Shown here in pieces: positions 43,343 through 52,952 of a stretch of 64,000 bases of DNA. The stretch comes from Akkermansia sp. (GTDB lineage Bacteria; Verrucomicrobiota; Verrucomicrobiia; Verrucomicrobiales; Akkermansiaceae), in contig JAUNRC010000001.1 in NCBI GenBank assembly GCA_030535875.1, positions 23,786 to 87,785 on the forward strand, in the 5' to 3' direction. The stretch's first letter is position 1. Each line of letters starts with the position of its first letter. The notes beneath the pieces were generated by a model that saw only the letters and a list, made by a program, of their open reading frames with translations, had not been told where the DNA came from and made no database searches. A program made the translations under genes and the position numbers.

Positions 43343-44314
43343 TTACATCAATGAGTCGATTACCTTCTCCATGCTTACCCCCTCACCGGTAGCCGTGTAA
43401 TTGGGAATAAGACGATGGCGCAGCACCGGGTGCAGGGCTGCTTTCACCTCAGCAGGGCTCACACTCACACGACCGCGCAACAGAGCCAGCGCACGAGCAG
43501 CAGCCAGCAGACATTGCCCCGCTCGCGGACCGGCACCGCAGGCAACATATTTCTTCACCATGTCCGGAGCACCGGGCGTATCCGGCCGCGTGTTCTGAAC
43601 CAAGCGCACTATCAGACTATATACATCGTCCGGCACGGGGACCTGCGTAACCACCCGCTGCATTTCCAGCACTTTCTGTGCGTCGAGCAAGGCGCGGGCG
43701 GACGGCTGTTCCATGCCTCCCGTACGACGCAGGATTTCCTCTTCATCGGCCGCAGAGGGATATTCTATGTTTATCTGGAAAAAGAAGCGGTCCAACTGAG
43801 CCTCAGGTAAGGGATAAGTGCCCTCGTGCTCCACGGGATTCTGCGTGGCGTATACCACGAAGGGAGATTCCAAGGTACGGCTTGTACCGGCAACGGTCAC
43901 CTGCTTCTCCTGCATGGCCTCCAACAAAGCAGCCTGAGTCTTCGGCGGCGTGCGGTTAATTTCATCTGCCAACAGCAAATGTGCAAAAATCGGCCCCGGA
44001 ACAAACTCAAACCGCCTCGTACCCTCAGCGCTGCCCTGTAAAATTTCGCTGCCCACGATATCTGCAGGCATCAAATCCGGCGTAAACTGTATACGACTGA
44101 ACTTCAGCCCCAGTACTTCTCCAAGTGTCGATACCAGCAAAGTTTTGGCCAAGCCGGGCACTCCCACGAGCAAACAATGTCCGCGGCACAGCAACGCGGC
44201 CAACATCTGCTCCACGACCTCCTCCTGTCCTACAATCACTCGGCCGACTTCCTCACGTATGTCGCTTATTGTCTTTTGCAGGTCTTTCCAGCATTCTTCA
44301 GGGCTTTCTTTCAT
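43343..44314 (-). CDS. moxR: MoxR family AAA+ ATPase
   Basis: GVPGLAKT, RIQFTPDLMPAD, DEINRTPPKTQAALLEAMQE, EGTYPLPEAQLDRF; TTGACT-16-TAGAAT promoter upstream. Confidence 0.95.
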   Translation of the reverse strand: MKESPEECWKDLQKTISDIREEVGRVIVGQEEVVEQMLAALLCRGHCLLVGVPGLAKTLLVSTLGEVLGLKFSRIQFTPDLMPADIVGSEILQGSAEGTRRFEFVPGPIFAHLLLADEINRTPPKTQAALLEAMQEKQVTVAGTSRTLESPFVVYATQNPVEHEGTYPLPEAQLDRFFFQINIEYPSAADEEEILRRTGGMEQPSARALLDAQKVLEMQRVVTQVPVPDDVYSLIVRLVQNTRPDTPGAPDMVKKYVACGAGPRAGQCLLAAARALALLRGRVSVSPAEVKAALHPVLRHRLIPNYTATGEGVSMEKVIDSLM

Positions 44315-44492
44315 AATTTTGCGGATTTCAGGGTATGCAATCGTTCCGTATTGAACCATTCTACCATGCATACCCCCTGAGTCAAGCGTGAATAATAAAA
44401 GGCAAAGGTAATTTTTCTTTATTCTCCTATTGACTTTGTAGGATATAAGAGGTATTATTTTGCCGTCCTCCCCCAAAAAAGCACAATTTCTT

Positions 44493-44890
44493 ATGAACAA
44501 AAATTATCGATTCGAAACACTACAAGTACACGTAGGGCAAGAGAATGCGGACCCTGCGACCGATTCGCGGGCGGTTCCCATCCCGACCACGAGCTCTACA
44601 CACGCTATTTCCCGAACGGAGCAGGCTCCGTTTTCACCTTTGAAATCAAGGGAACGTCGAAAGATGCCGGACTTTTCTGCGAAAATCTCGAACTGTTTTC
44701 CCTGCTTGCCAACGTGGCGGACGCGAAGAGCCTCGTCATCCACCCCGCAGGCACAACCCATAGTCAACTCAATGAATTAGAACTTGCCAACGCCGGCATA
44801 AAACCCAACACCATACGCCTTTCCATCGGCATAGAGCACATCGATGACCTCTTAGAAGACCTTGACAGGGCGTTTACAATAGTGAAGTAA
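44493..44890 (+). pseudogene. metY: O-acetylhomoserine sulfhydrylase remnant with large internal deletion and frameshift
   Basis: N-terminal 30 aa (YRFETLQVHVGQ...SRAVPI) joined out of frame to C-terminal ~103 aa (FSLLANVADAKSLVIHPA.TTHSQL...IRLSIGIEHIDDLLEDL). Confidence 0.9.
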
Positions 44891-44892
44891 CC

Positions 44893-45819
44893 ATGAGCAC
44901 CTACACCTCCATCACCGAATTAATCGGCAACACGCCCCTGCTGGAACCGGTCAATTACAATCGCCGTCACAATCTTCAGGCCCGATTGCTCGTTAAGCTC
45001 GAATATCTCAATCCCACGGGCTCCGTGAAAGACCGTGCCGCGCGAGCCATCATCGAAGAAGCCGAGCGTTCCGGGCGTCTGCCTGCCGGCGGTACCATCA
45101 TCGAGCCGACCAGCGGCAATACCGGCATCGGCATCGCTGCCATTGCCGCGGCAAAAGGCTACAAGGCCATTCTCACCATGCCCGAAAGCATGAGCGCAGA
45201 GCGCCGCAATCTGCTCAAGGCTTACGGTGCCGAAATCGTCCTCACCCCCGCTGACGAAGGCATGGCCGGAGCTCTCCGCAAGGCTGAAGAACTTCAGGCC
45301 GCCACCCCGGGCTCCATCATTGCTGGGCAATTCGAAAACCCGCAAAATTCCGCAGCTCACTACACCACAACAGGACCCGAAATCTGGCAAGCTACCTCAG
45401 GTAAGGTCGATGTTTTCGTCGCCGGAGTAGGCACAGGCGGCACCCTTACCGGAACAGGAAAATATCTCAAGGAAAAAAAGCACGACATCAAAGTCATCGC
45501 GGTAGAGCCGGCAGCCTCCCCCCTGCTCAGCGGAGGCCGCCCCGGTCCGCACGCCATTCAGGGTATAGGAGCCAATTTCATTCCTCCGGTACTGGAGACG
45601 GAGCTGATAGATGAAATTATCCCCATCGACAACGAGGCTCCGTTCACCGCCGCCCGCGAACTGGCACAAACAGACGGAGTACTCGTAGGCATTTCCTCCG
45701 GAGCAGCCCTCAGCGCTGCCACCCGCGTGGCCCAACGAATCGACATGAAGGACAAGACCGTCGTCGTCATCCTGCCGGATAGTGCGGACCGCTACTACTC
45801 CACCCCGCTCTTCGGATGA
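44893..45819 (+). CDS. cysK: Cysteine synthase A
   Basis: NPTGSVKDR, EPTSGNTG, GVGTGGT, HAIQGIG. Confidence 0.96.
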   Translation: MSTYTSITELIGNTPLLEPVNYNRRHNLQARLLVKLEYLNPTGSVKDRAARAIIEEAERSGRLPAGGTIIEPTSGNTGIGIAAIAAAKGYKAILTMPESMSAERRNLLKAYGAEIVLTPADEGMAGALRKAEELQAATPGSIIAGQFENPQNSAAHYTTTGPEIWQATSGKVDVFVAGVGTGGTLTGTGKYLKEKKHDIKVIAVEPAASPLLSGGRPGPHAIQGIGANFIPPVLETELIDEIIPIDNEAPFTAARELAQTDGVLVGISSGAALSAATRVAQRIDMKDKTVVVILPDSADRYYSTPLFG

Positions 45820-46433
45820 TGAAAACAATCAATTACCACCTGTACCTCGTCACCGATGAGGTTGAGCGCTGCCGTTACGGACTGGAGGAAACCGTACGCC
45901 GTGCGGTAGAGGGCGGCGTAACCGTCGTTCAGTACCGCAGCGAACGGCTCAGCCACGAAGAACAGCGGCAACAGGTACTCCCCCTGCAACGTTACCTGAG
46001 CAGCGTAGGAGTGCCGCTCATCATCAACGACAATGTGCAACTGGCCGTCGAAATCGGTGCCGACGGCATTCACATCGGTCAGGACGACATGCCGGTACCT
46101 CAGGCAAGAGCTCTCATCGGCCCCGACAAAATACTGGGACTCACCGTCACAACTGCTCAACAAATGGCAGAGGTGGACACCGCTCTCGTTGACTATGTAG
46201 GCATCGGCCCCGTGTTCCCCACCATCACCAAGGACGATGCTCCACCCCCGATGGGGGTGAAGGGTTGGGCCGAACTGGCACGGTTGAGCCCGCTCCCGGT
46301 CGTTGCCATAGGTGGCCTCAACCGCGAACGAGCCGCAGCCATCCGCGCTACGGGGCTGGCAGCCGGGGTTGCCGTCGTCTCTGCCATCTGCGGAGCCGAA
46401 GATACCACACAAGCCGCCAAAGACTTATTATGA
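45816..46433 (+). CDS. thiE: Thiamine-phosphate synthase
   Basis: LYLVTD, VQYR, LIINDN, HIGQDD, PVFPTITK, AIGG. Confidence 0.95.
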   Translation: MMKTINYHLYLVTDEVERCRYGLEETVRRAVEGGVTVVQYRSERLSHEEQRQQVLPLQRYLSSVGVPLIINDNVQLAVEIGADGIHIGQDDMPVPQARALIGPDKILGLTVTTAQQMAEVDTALVDYVGIGPVFPTITKDDAPPPMGVKGWAELARLSPLPVVAIGGLNRERAAAIRATGLAAGVAVVSAICGAEDTTQAAKDLL

Positions 46434-47239
46434 AAAGCATGCAAAACCTCGCCGCAGAAGTTCTGATAACTCTCCGAGAGAAGCGACCGCTCATCCTCAG
46501 CCTCACGAACAATGTCGTTCAGAACATCACAGCCAACATATTGCTGGCAACCGGGGGTGTGCCGGTCATGCTTACCCACATCGAAGAAATTAACGACCTG
46601 CTTCAAAGTTGCACCGACGGGTTGCTCATCAACGTCGGCACCCTCTCCGAAGAACAAGCCCTCACCATGAAAGAGGCTGTACTCTCGGCCCACCGACATA
46701 AGGTTCCGTGGGTGCTCGACCCCGTTGCCGTCGGCCTACTGGGATTTCGCACGCAAGTCTGCCGAGAACTGATCAACACGCCTCCGACCATGATTCGCGG
46801 CAATGCGTCAGAAATCATCGCCTTAGCCGGAGCACAGGGAGCGCTCTGTCGAGGGGTCGAAAGCGCAGCCGACAGCTCTACCGCCATCAGCGCCGCTCAA
46901 TCACTGGCCCGCCACACGGGAGCAGCCGTGCTGGTCACAGGTGAAACCGATTACGCCACCGATGGCACCACCACCTTTGCCTGCCGCAACGGCGATGAAA
47001 TCATGACCCGTGTGACAGGAGTAGGCTGCGCCATGGGAGCACTCGCCGCAGCCTGTACGGCATGTGCTGACACTCCCTTGCAGGCAGCCGTTGCGACAGC
47101 CCTCATTCTGGGAATAGCCGGAGAGAAAGCCGCCGCTGCGACCTCATTACCCGGCAGCTTTGCAGCCCGACTTCTCGATGAACTGGCCTCTCTGAGCCCT
47201 GATGACGTGGCAAACAATGCCCGAATCGGGCAGATATAA
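46430..47239 (+). CDS. thiM: Hydroxyethylthiazole kinase
   Basis: TNNVVQNITAN, INVGTL, LDPVAVG, RGNASEI, VTGVGC; ATGA overlap with thiE. Confidence 0.95.
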   Translation: MKSMQNLAAEVLITLREKRPLILSLTNNVVQNITANILLATGGVPVMLTHIEEINDLLQSCTDGLLINVGTLSEEQALTMKEAVLSAHRHKVPWVLDPVAVGLLGFRTQVCRELINTPPTMIRGNASEIIALAGAQGALCRGVESAADSSTAISAAQSLARHTGAAVLVTGETDYATDGTTTFACRNGDEIMTRVTGVGCAMGALAAACTACADTPLQAAVATALILGIAGEKAAAATSLPGSFAARLLDELASLSPDDVANNARIGQI

Positions 47240-47311
47240 CGATTTTCGCTTGACTATAAGCGGGACGAAGGTAGTATAATAAACTATCGATAATAACATC
47301 ACGTTCACAAC

Positions 47312-48553
47312 ATGGCTACCATCCGTCCCTTTGCTGCTCTGCGCCCTCCCAAACAATACGCCGAACAGGTCTCGAGCCTGCCCTATGATGTCATGAACCA
47401 TCAGGAGGCATGCGCCATGGCCGCCGGCAACGCCTCTTCATTCCTCCACATCTGCCGCGCCGACATCGACACGAGCGAGGCCGACATTCACGAGGCAATT
47501 ACCTACGAAAAGAGCAGCGAGAACCTGCAGGACTTCATCCGCAAGGGATTTTTGCAGCGCGACGCCGCCCCCTACTACTACATCTACCGCCAAATGATGT
47601 GGGGACGAGTACAGACCGGAATCGTCGGCTGTGCAAGCGTAGATGAGTACCTCAACAACACCATCCTCAAGCACGAACTCACCCGTAAGGAAAAAGAGCT
47701 CGATCGCATCAACCACTTCGACGCATGCTCCTGCCAGACGGAACCGGTGTTCCTCGCCTACCGCAAGCACGAGGGAATATCCGCCACCATCCGCGAATGG
47801 ATAAAGTTCCACAAACCGGAATATGAGTTCACCTCCGATGACGGTGTAACCCACCTGCTCTGGCCCGTGACCGATGCCGCCGCCATCGAGGCCATCCGCC
47901 GGGGCTTTGAAGAAGTACCGGCTCTCTACATAGCCGACGGCCACCACCGCACCGCCAGCAGTGCCGCCGTCAGCGCCAAGCGCCGAGCACAGCACCCCGA
48001 TTACACGGGTGATGAGGAATTCAACTACCTCATGGCCGTCACCTTCTGCGATGAAGACCTCTTCATCATGGACTACAATCGCGTGATAAGCGACCTCAAC
48101 GGCCTGAGCCCCGAGGACTTCATCTCTGCCATTGCCGACAAGTTCAACGTCGTCCCCGCTCCGGTCGGCACCCCCTATGCCCCGCGCGGCAAGCACGAGT
48201 TCGGCATGTGCCTGCGCGGCACTTGGTACAGCATCACGGCAAAGGACGGCTCTTTCGATGCCGCACACCCCATCGAAAGCCTCGACTGTGCCATTCTGCA
48301 AAGCAACCTGCTGGCCCCCGTTCTGGGCATTGATGATCCCCGCACGAGCGAAAGAATCGACTTCGTGGGCGGCATACGCGGCCTTCAGGAACTGGAGGAG
48401 CGCACCGGACAGGGTGTGGCCTTCTCCCTCTACCCCGTCAGCATGGCCGACCTCTTCCACGTAGCCGACAGCGGCGAAATCATGCCGCCTAAATCCACTT
48501 GGTTTGAACCCAAATTACGCTCCGGTCTGTTCCTTCACGAAATTGAGCGCTGA
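47312..48553 (+). CDS. DUF1015 family protein
   Basis: SLPYDV, KHELT, YIADGHHR, MPPKSTWFEPKLRSGL. Confidence 0.92.
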   Translation: MATIRPFAALRPPKQYAEQVSSLPYDVMNHQEACAMAAGNASSFLHICRADIDTSEADIHEAITYEKSSENLQDFIRKGFLQRDAAPYYYIYRQMMWGRVQTGIVGCASVDEYLNNTILKHELTRKEKELDRINHFDACSCQTEPVFLAYRKHEGISATIREWIKFHKPEYEFTSDDGVTHLLWPVTDAAAIEAIRRGFEEVPALYIADGHHRTASSAAVSAKRRAQHPDYTGDEEFNYLMAVTFCDEDLFIMDYNRVISDLNGLSPEDFISAIADKFNVVPAPVGTPYAPRGKHEFGMCLRGTWYSITAKDGSFDAAHPIESLDCAILQSNLLAPVLGIDDPRTSERIDFVGGIRGLQELEERTGQGVAFSLYPVSMADLFHVADSGEIMPPKSTWFEPKLRSGLFLHEIER

Positions 48554-48577
48554 TAACAATTTTACCATTACCACACC

Positions 48578-50146
48578 ATGAAAATTCTCATTCCCACCAA
48601 ACTCGACAAAGCAGCAGCCGGAGCCCTTACAGCGGCCGGTTACGAAGTTGTACAGAACGACAGCGACCCCATCGATGTACAGGCTGCGGCGAATCCCGAT
48701 GCCGTCGGCCTCATCGTTCGCTCCGAAAAAGTCACACCGGCCGTCATCGACAGCATGCCTACTCTCAAGTGCATCATCCGTGCCGGTGCCGGTTACGACA
48801 ACATCGACTACGTCTATGCCCGCAGCAAGGGGATAGATGTCATGAACACCCCCGGTGCAAACTCCAACGCCGTAGCCGAAGAGGTCATTGCCATGATTCT
48901 TGCAGCCTACCGCTATGTGGTACCGGCCGACGTCACCACCCGCGCCGGAGAATGGAACAAGAAAAAATACATGGGTCGCGAACTCACGCGCAAAACGGTC
49001 GGCATCCTCGGTCTGGGCAACATCGGTCGCCTGCTGGTCAAGCGCCTGCAGGGCTTCGAGTGTACCGTGCTCGGTTACGACCACTTCCTCTCCAAGCAGC
49101 GCGCTCTCAATATCGGCGCCACTCCGGCCGAAATTAATGAAATTTTCGCCAACGCTGACATCATCTCTCTGCATGTTCCCGGTGGCCCTGCCACCAAAAA
49201 TCTGGTCAACGAACGACTCATCAACATGATGAAAGACGGCGCCATGATTATCAACTGCTCACGCTACGGCGTGGTCGATGAAGATGCCATCCGCGCCGCA
49301 CGTGCCGCCGGCAAGAACATCATCTACTGCACCGACGTTCACCCCAAAGACACCGCCGCCATGCAGCCCAGCGCCGATGTTGCCGACGTCATGCTGCCCC
49401 ACCTCGGTGCCAACACGCGCGAGGCCAACAAACTGGCTGCCATGCGCGCAGCCTCGCAGATGGAAGCCTATTTCACCAGCGGCGACACCTCCTGTGTCAT
49501 CAACGCCGAGAAGCCGACCGACCTGAGCGCCGCCCACCTTCAGTTGGCCGCCATGCTCGGCAAGCTCTGCTACCGGGCCGGTGGCGGCAAGCCCATCCGC
49601 AAGATTGAATGCACCTTCTACAACAACCTGCGTTCCTACCGCAAGTGGTTCACACCGTGGATTTTGCAGGGAGCCGTACCCGGCGCAGAACAAGGCCTCA
49701 TGCCGGCAGCCGCCGAGCAAAGTCTGCGCGAACACGGCATTGTGTTCAAAGCCCGTGAGCCCATGGACGATAAACTCTATGATGATGCCCTCACCCTCGA
49801 CATCTTCATGGAGGAAAACGGCGAACAGAAAAAGACCAGCGTGCGCGGCATGGTGGTGGATGGCGAGCCCGTTGTCTCGCGCATTAACAACTTTAACCAT
49901 CTCTACGCCGGTCTGAGCGGCAACACCATCTTCCTGCGCTATGCTGACCGCCCCGGCGTGATTGCAACCGTCAGTCAGATTATCTCGCAGGCCAACATCA
50001 ACATTGAGAACATGGTTGCTCCCCGCGATGCCGCCAGCGGCGACTCGCTCGCTGTCATCAAAACGGATAAGCCCATCAATAACGAACAGCTTGACCTCAT
50101 CGCTCGCGCCATCGCCGCCAAACAGGCCTTTGCGCTTTCTCTTTGA
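48578..50146 (+). CDS. serA: D-3-phosphoglycerate dehydrogenase with ACT domain
   Basis: RAGAGYDNID, NTPGAN, GLGNIG, PHLGANT, DRPGVI. Confidence 0.9.
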   Translation: MKILIPTKLDKAAAGALTAAGYEVVQNDSDPIDVQAAANPDAVGLIVRSEKVTPAVIDSMPTLKCIIRAGAGYDNIDYVYARSKGIDVMNTPGANSNAVAEEVIAMILAAYRYVVPADVTTRAGEWNKKKYMGRELTRKTVGILGLGNIGRLLVKRLQGFECTVLGYDHFLSKQRALNIGATPAEINEIFANADIISLHVPGGPATKNLVNERLINMMKDGAMIINCSRYGVVDEDAIRAARAAGKNIIYCTDVHPKDTAAMQPSADVADVMLPHLGANTREANKLAAMRAASQMEAYFTSGDTSCVINAEKPTDLSAAHLQLAAMLGKLCYRAGGGKPIRKIECTFYNNLRSYRKWFTPWILQGAVPGAEQGLMPAAAEQSLREHGIVFKAREPMDDKLYDDALTLDIFMEENGEQKKTSVRGMVVDGEPVVSRINNFNHLYAGLSGNTIFLRYADRPGVIATVSQIISQANINIENMVAPRDAASGDSLAVIKTDKPINNEQLDLIARAIAAKQAFALSL

Positions 50147-50159
50147 TAAAAGCACCACC

Positions 50160-51188
50160 TCAGTTCCGACTGAACTCCTTATTGCGCCCTCGCCGTACCA
50201 CTTCGCGGCGAGGGCGCTTGCTGTCACTCCAGAACATCTCAGCAGCCCGCCTCCCCACCCCCAGCACATAACGTGAGCGCAGCAAGGACAAATCACGATG
50301 ACCCATTTCAAGCTGCAACTGCGGCAGATTGGCAAAATACTGAGCATGATACGTTGCAAAGGTATGGCGCAGCGTGTCGGGCCGCCATACATCAAACCCC
50401 GCTGCCCGTCGCAACGCCCGCCAGCGCTGCGCCCAATTCGTCGGAATAACCCATGCCTCTCTCGGCAAATCCGCAACATTGCGCAACGGCACCGTTCTTC
50501 CGCCACCGGTCTTGCTCGCGGACGGGCGAATGATGAGCAGGCGCTCCTGCCACAATATATCACGTTGCGGATTGATTCGGCTAACCTCAGACGGGCGCAC
50601 ACCACAATACATCATCAGATAAAGCGACAGGCGCATGTCGCGGTGCTGCGGCCGCTCCGTCATCGCTCTCAATCGCTGAGCTTCAGCCGGGCTTAAAGGC
50701 TCCAGCACGGGCTCCTTCACGGGCGGATTTTCGATTCGGTCCACCGGATTGGAGTCGCACCACTCCCGGCGCATCCCGTATGCAAAAATGCTGTGAAGAA
50801 TAGCTCTTCCCTTACGGTAACTATGCACACTTCGGCCGAAAGCCTGCTGCAACAACTCGCGGCACTCCTTCACCGTCATCGCCCGCAGGGGGCGCTCCGC
50901 CACCCCCTTCACCCTCAACATACGGCGCACAAAATGGCGCAAGTCACGCAAGGTCGCCTCGCGCCGATCGCTCCGTGCCGCCACGCTCTGCCAGGCAACC
51001 GATGAAAACGTCTCCGTATCCTCCGACGCTTGCAAAGCCTCAACCCCCAGCGACAGCACTCGCCGCAGACGGCACATCAGCTCTGCATGCGACAAGCCTT
51101 CTATTGTGCTGCCTAGCCGCTCCGACAGCTCATCCATAAGCCGCCTGGCATCGCGCCCCGATATTCTTATTTCCATGTCTTTGTTCAT
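50160..51188 (-). CDS. Tyrosine recombinase / integrase, solitary
   Basis: GVRPSEV (R), SKTG (K), DTLRHTFA (R,H), EMGH, RSRY (Y); start codon uncertain (51200/51188/51176). Confidence 0.9.
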   Translation of the reverse strand: MNKDMEIRISGRDARRLMDELSERLGSTIEGLSHAELMCRLRRVLSLGVEALQASEDTETFSSVAWQSVAARSDRREATLRDLRHFVRRMLRVKGVAERPLRAMTVKECRELLQQAFGRSVHSYRKGRAILHSIFAYGMRREWCDSNPVDRIENPPVKEPVLEPLSPAEAQRLRAMTERPQHRDMRLSLYLMMYCGVRPSEVSRINPQRDILWQERLLIIRPSASKTGGGRTVPLRNVADLPREAWVIPTNWAQRWRALRRAAGFDVWRPDTLRHTFATYHAQYFANLPQLQLEMGHRDLSLLRSRYVLGVGRRAAEMFWSDSKRPRREVVRRGRNKEFSRN

Positions 51189-51195
51189 CCTTTTA

Positions 51196-51365
51196 TGCAT
51201 TCTGAATGCTGAGTCAATCTTTAAATTGCATTTATTTTACAACCGACGTTTTTTCAATTTAATATGAAAATGTATCAGGTACAATAACATACTTCTAAAA
51301 AAATACAACAGTTGTTTTACCTACTAATTTTTCAGCATTTTCATTATAACTGCATTCAGAATGCA
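51196..51365. repeat. 14-bp inverted repeat pair flanking an AT-rich 142-bp segment
   Basis: TGCATTCTGAATGC (51196-51209) is the exact reverse complement of GCATTCAGAATGCA (51352-51365). Confidence 0.7.
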
Positions 51366-51456
51366 GTAACATAACTGCGTGTAACGAATAGAATCGGCAG
51401 GGATACCCCCTGTCACAACTACTCTAAACACGTCTTTCAACAAACAAAGTGTGGTT

Positions 51457-51488
51457 TCATCCCCTGTGTCGCAAGGCACAGGGGATGA
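51457..51488. terminator. Strong GCAA-tetraloop hairpin
   Basis: TCATCCCCTGTGTC-GCAA-GGCACAGGGGATGA. Confidence 0.55.
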
Positions 51489-51574
51489 GTTGTCATAAGG
51501 CAGACGAAGTTCACAGCCGCAGCGCACAGTCTTTACTCTTGTCAAGCGAACACAAATCTGCTAAGAATGAACTT

Positions 51575-52882
51575 GTGAGCAGCGCCGGAATGATTCAGGG
51601 AACACGGCAAAACATGGCGGCCGGAGCCACCATGCAGCTCTTCATGCGCGCTCTTCAGGCAACCAATGCAGAACTGAATGAGATTGCTACGCAGGCGCTC
51701 ACCTCCAACCCGGCGCTGGAAGAACTGCCTGCGCCCCCCTCGGACGATTTGCCCTCGCCTCCCCTCAACCACGAGGCGACCCGCCGCCATGACATCATGC
51801 TGGAGCACCTGACGGAATCTCCCACCCTCAGTGCCCACCTCGAAGAACAAATCCGCAGCAGTGCCCTCCCCCCGAGAACCGAAGCCGCAGCACTGGCACT
51901 CATCCCCTACCTGAACGAGCACGGCTTCTTCACTGAGCCGCCTGCCGCCATCGCCCGAGAACTGCAACTGACCGAGACTCAATTTAAGCGAGCCTTACAA
52001 GCCATACAGGACTTGGAGCCGGCCGGAGTGGGAGCGGAAAATTTACGCGAAAGCCTCATCCTGCAACTGCGGCGCAAAGGCGAGCACGGCGGACTGCCCA
52101 TGCAGCTCCTGCTGCGTTTCTGGGATGAATTGGTACGTCACCGTTATGCCGAGGCCGCAAAAGCGCTAGATGTCGAGGAGGAAGCCGTAGCCATCGCCGC
52201 CCGCCGCATAGCCCGCCTGAACCCGGACCCGGGCAGCGGCTTTGCCAAGGCGGAGCTCCATGTCATCACACCCGACATTCTGGTCAGTCGCGACGGCAAT
52301 GAACTCACCGTCACCCTGACCGGGGAAAACATACCACGACTGGCGCTATCTTCCGAATATCGCGAAATGATGGCGGAGCGTGCCGACAATCCCGAACTGC
52401 GCCGTTACCTCTCAAAATGTTTCCGCGACGGTCGCGAACTCATCCGCGCCATTGCCGACAGGCAGCAGACCATCCTCAATATCGCTCAAGTCATTGTCGA
52501 ACAACAGAAAGCATTTTTCATCAAAGGCCCCGAGCACCTTACCCCGCTGAAAATGGAGGAACTTGCCACCGCCATCGGCGTGAGCACCTCCACCATATCC
52601 CGAGCCGTCCGCGGCAAATTCCTCAAATGCGAACACGGCGTTTTTGAACTGCGGCGCTTCTTCAGTTCCGCCATCGGAAGCGCGAACGAGACCACCATCT
52701 CAGCCGCAGCAGTACAGGCCCGCATCCGCACCCTGATTGCGGAGGAGAGTTCTCAAAGCCCCCTCAGCGATGCCGCCATCGTGAGAAGGCTTGCTGACGA
52801 AGGCATACAGCTTGCCCGCAGAACGGTAGCAAAGTACCGCGAGCAGCTCAAAATCCTTCCGGCTGCCCAACGTCGGAATTAA
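51575..52882 (+). CDS. rpoN: RNA polymerase sigma-54 factor
   Basis: NPALEE, LEPAGVGA, STISRAV, RpoN box ARRTVAKYRE; start uncertain (GTG 51575 or ATG 51590). Confidence 0.95.
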   Translation: MSSAGMIQGTRQNMAAGATMQLFMRALQATNAELNEIATQALTSNPALEELPAPPSDDLPSPPLNHEATRRHDIMLEHLTESPTLSAHLEEQIRSSALPPRTEAAALALIPYLNEHGFFTEPPAAIARELQLTETQFKRALQAIQDLEPAGVGAENLRESLILQLRRKGEHGGLPMQLLLRFWDELVRHRYAEAAKALDVEEEAVAIAARRIARLNPDPGSGFAKAELHVITPDILVSRDGNELTVTLTGENIPRLALSSEYREMMAERADNPELRRYLSKCFRDGRELIRAIADRQQTILNIAQVIVEQQKAFFIKGPEHLTPLKMEELATAIGVSTSTISRAVRGKFLKCEHGVFELRRFFSSAIGSANETTISAAAVQARIRTLIAEESSQSPLSDAAIVRRLADEGIQLARRTVAKYREQLKILPAAQRRN

Positions 52883-52917
52883 GACACAGTTAATTTCCCT
52901 ACTGACTTAACAGGGGA

Positions 52918-52946
52918 TTGACGATTGCGGTAGCTGTGACTATAAT
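52918..52946 (+). promoter_or_regulatory. Sigma70 promoter, leaderless
   Basis: TTGACG-17-TATAAT, ATG 6 nt downstream. Confidence 0.75.
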
Positions 52947-52952
52947 TTCCGC

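Noticed and set aside
44571-44590. Programmed -1 frameshift producing a mini-MetY
   Set aside because: Product would lack the PLP-binding core and there is no canonical slippery heptamer; deletion is the simpler explanation
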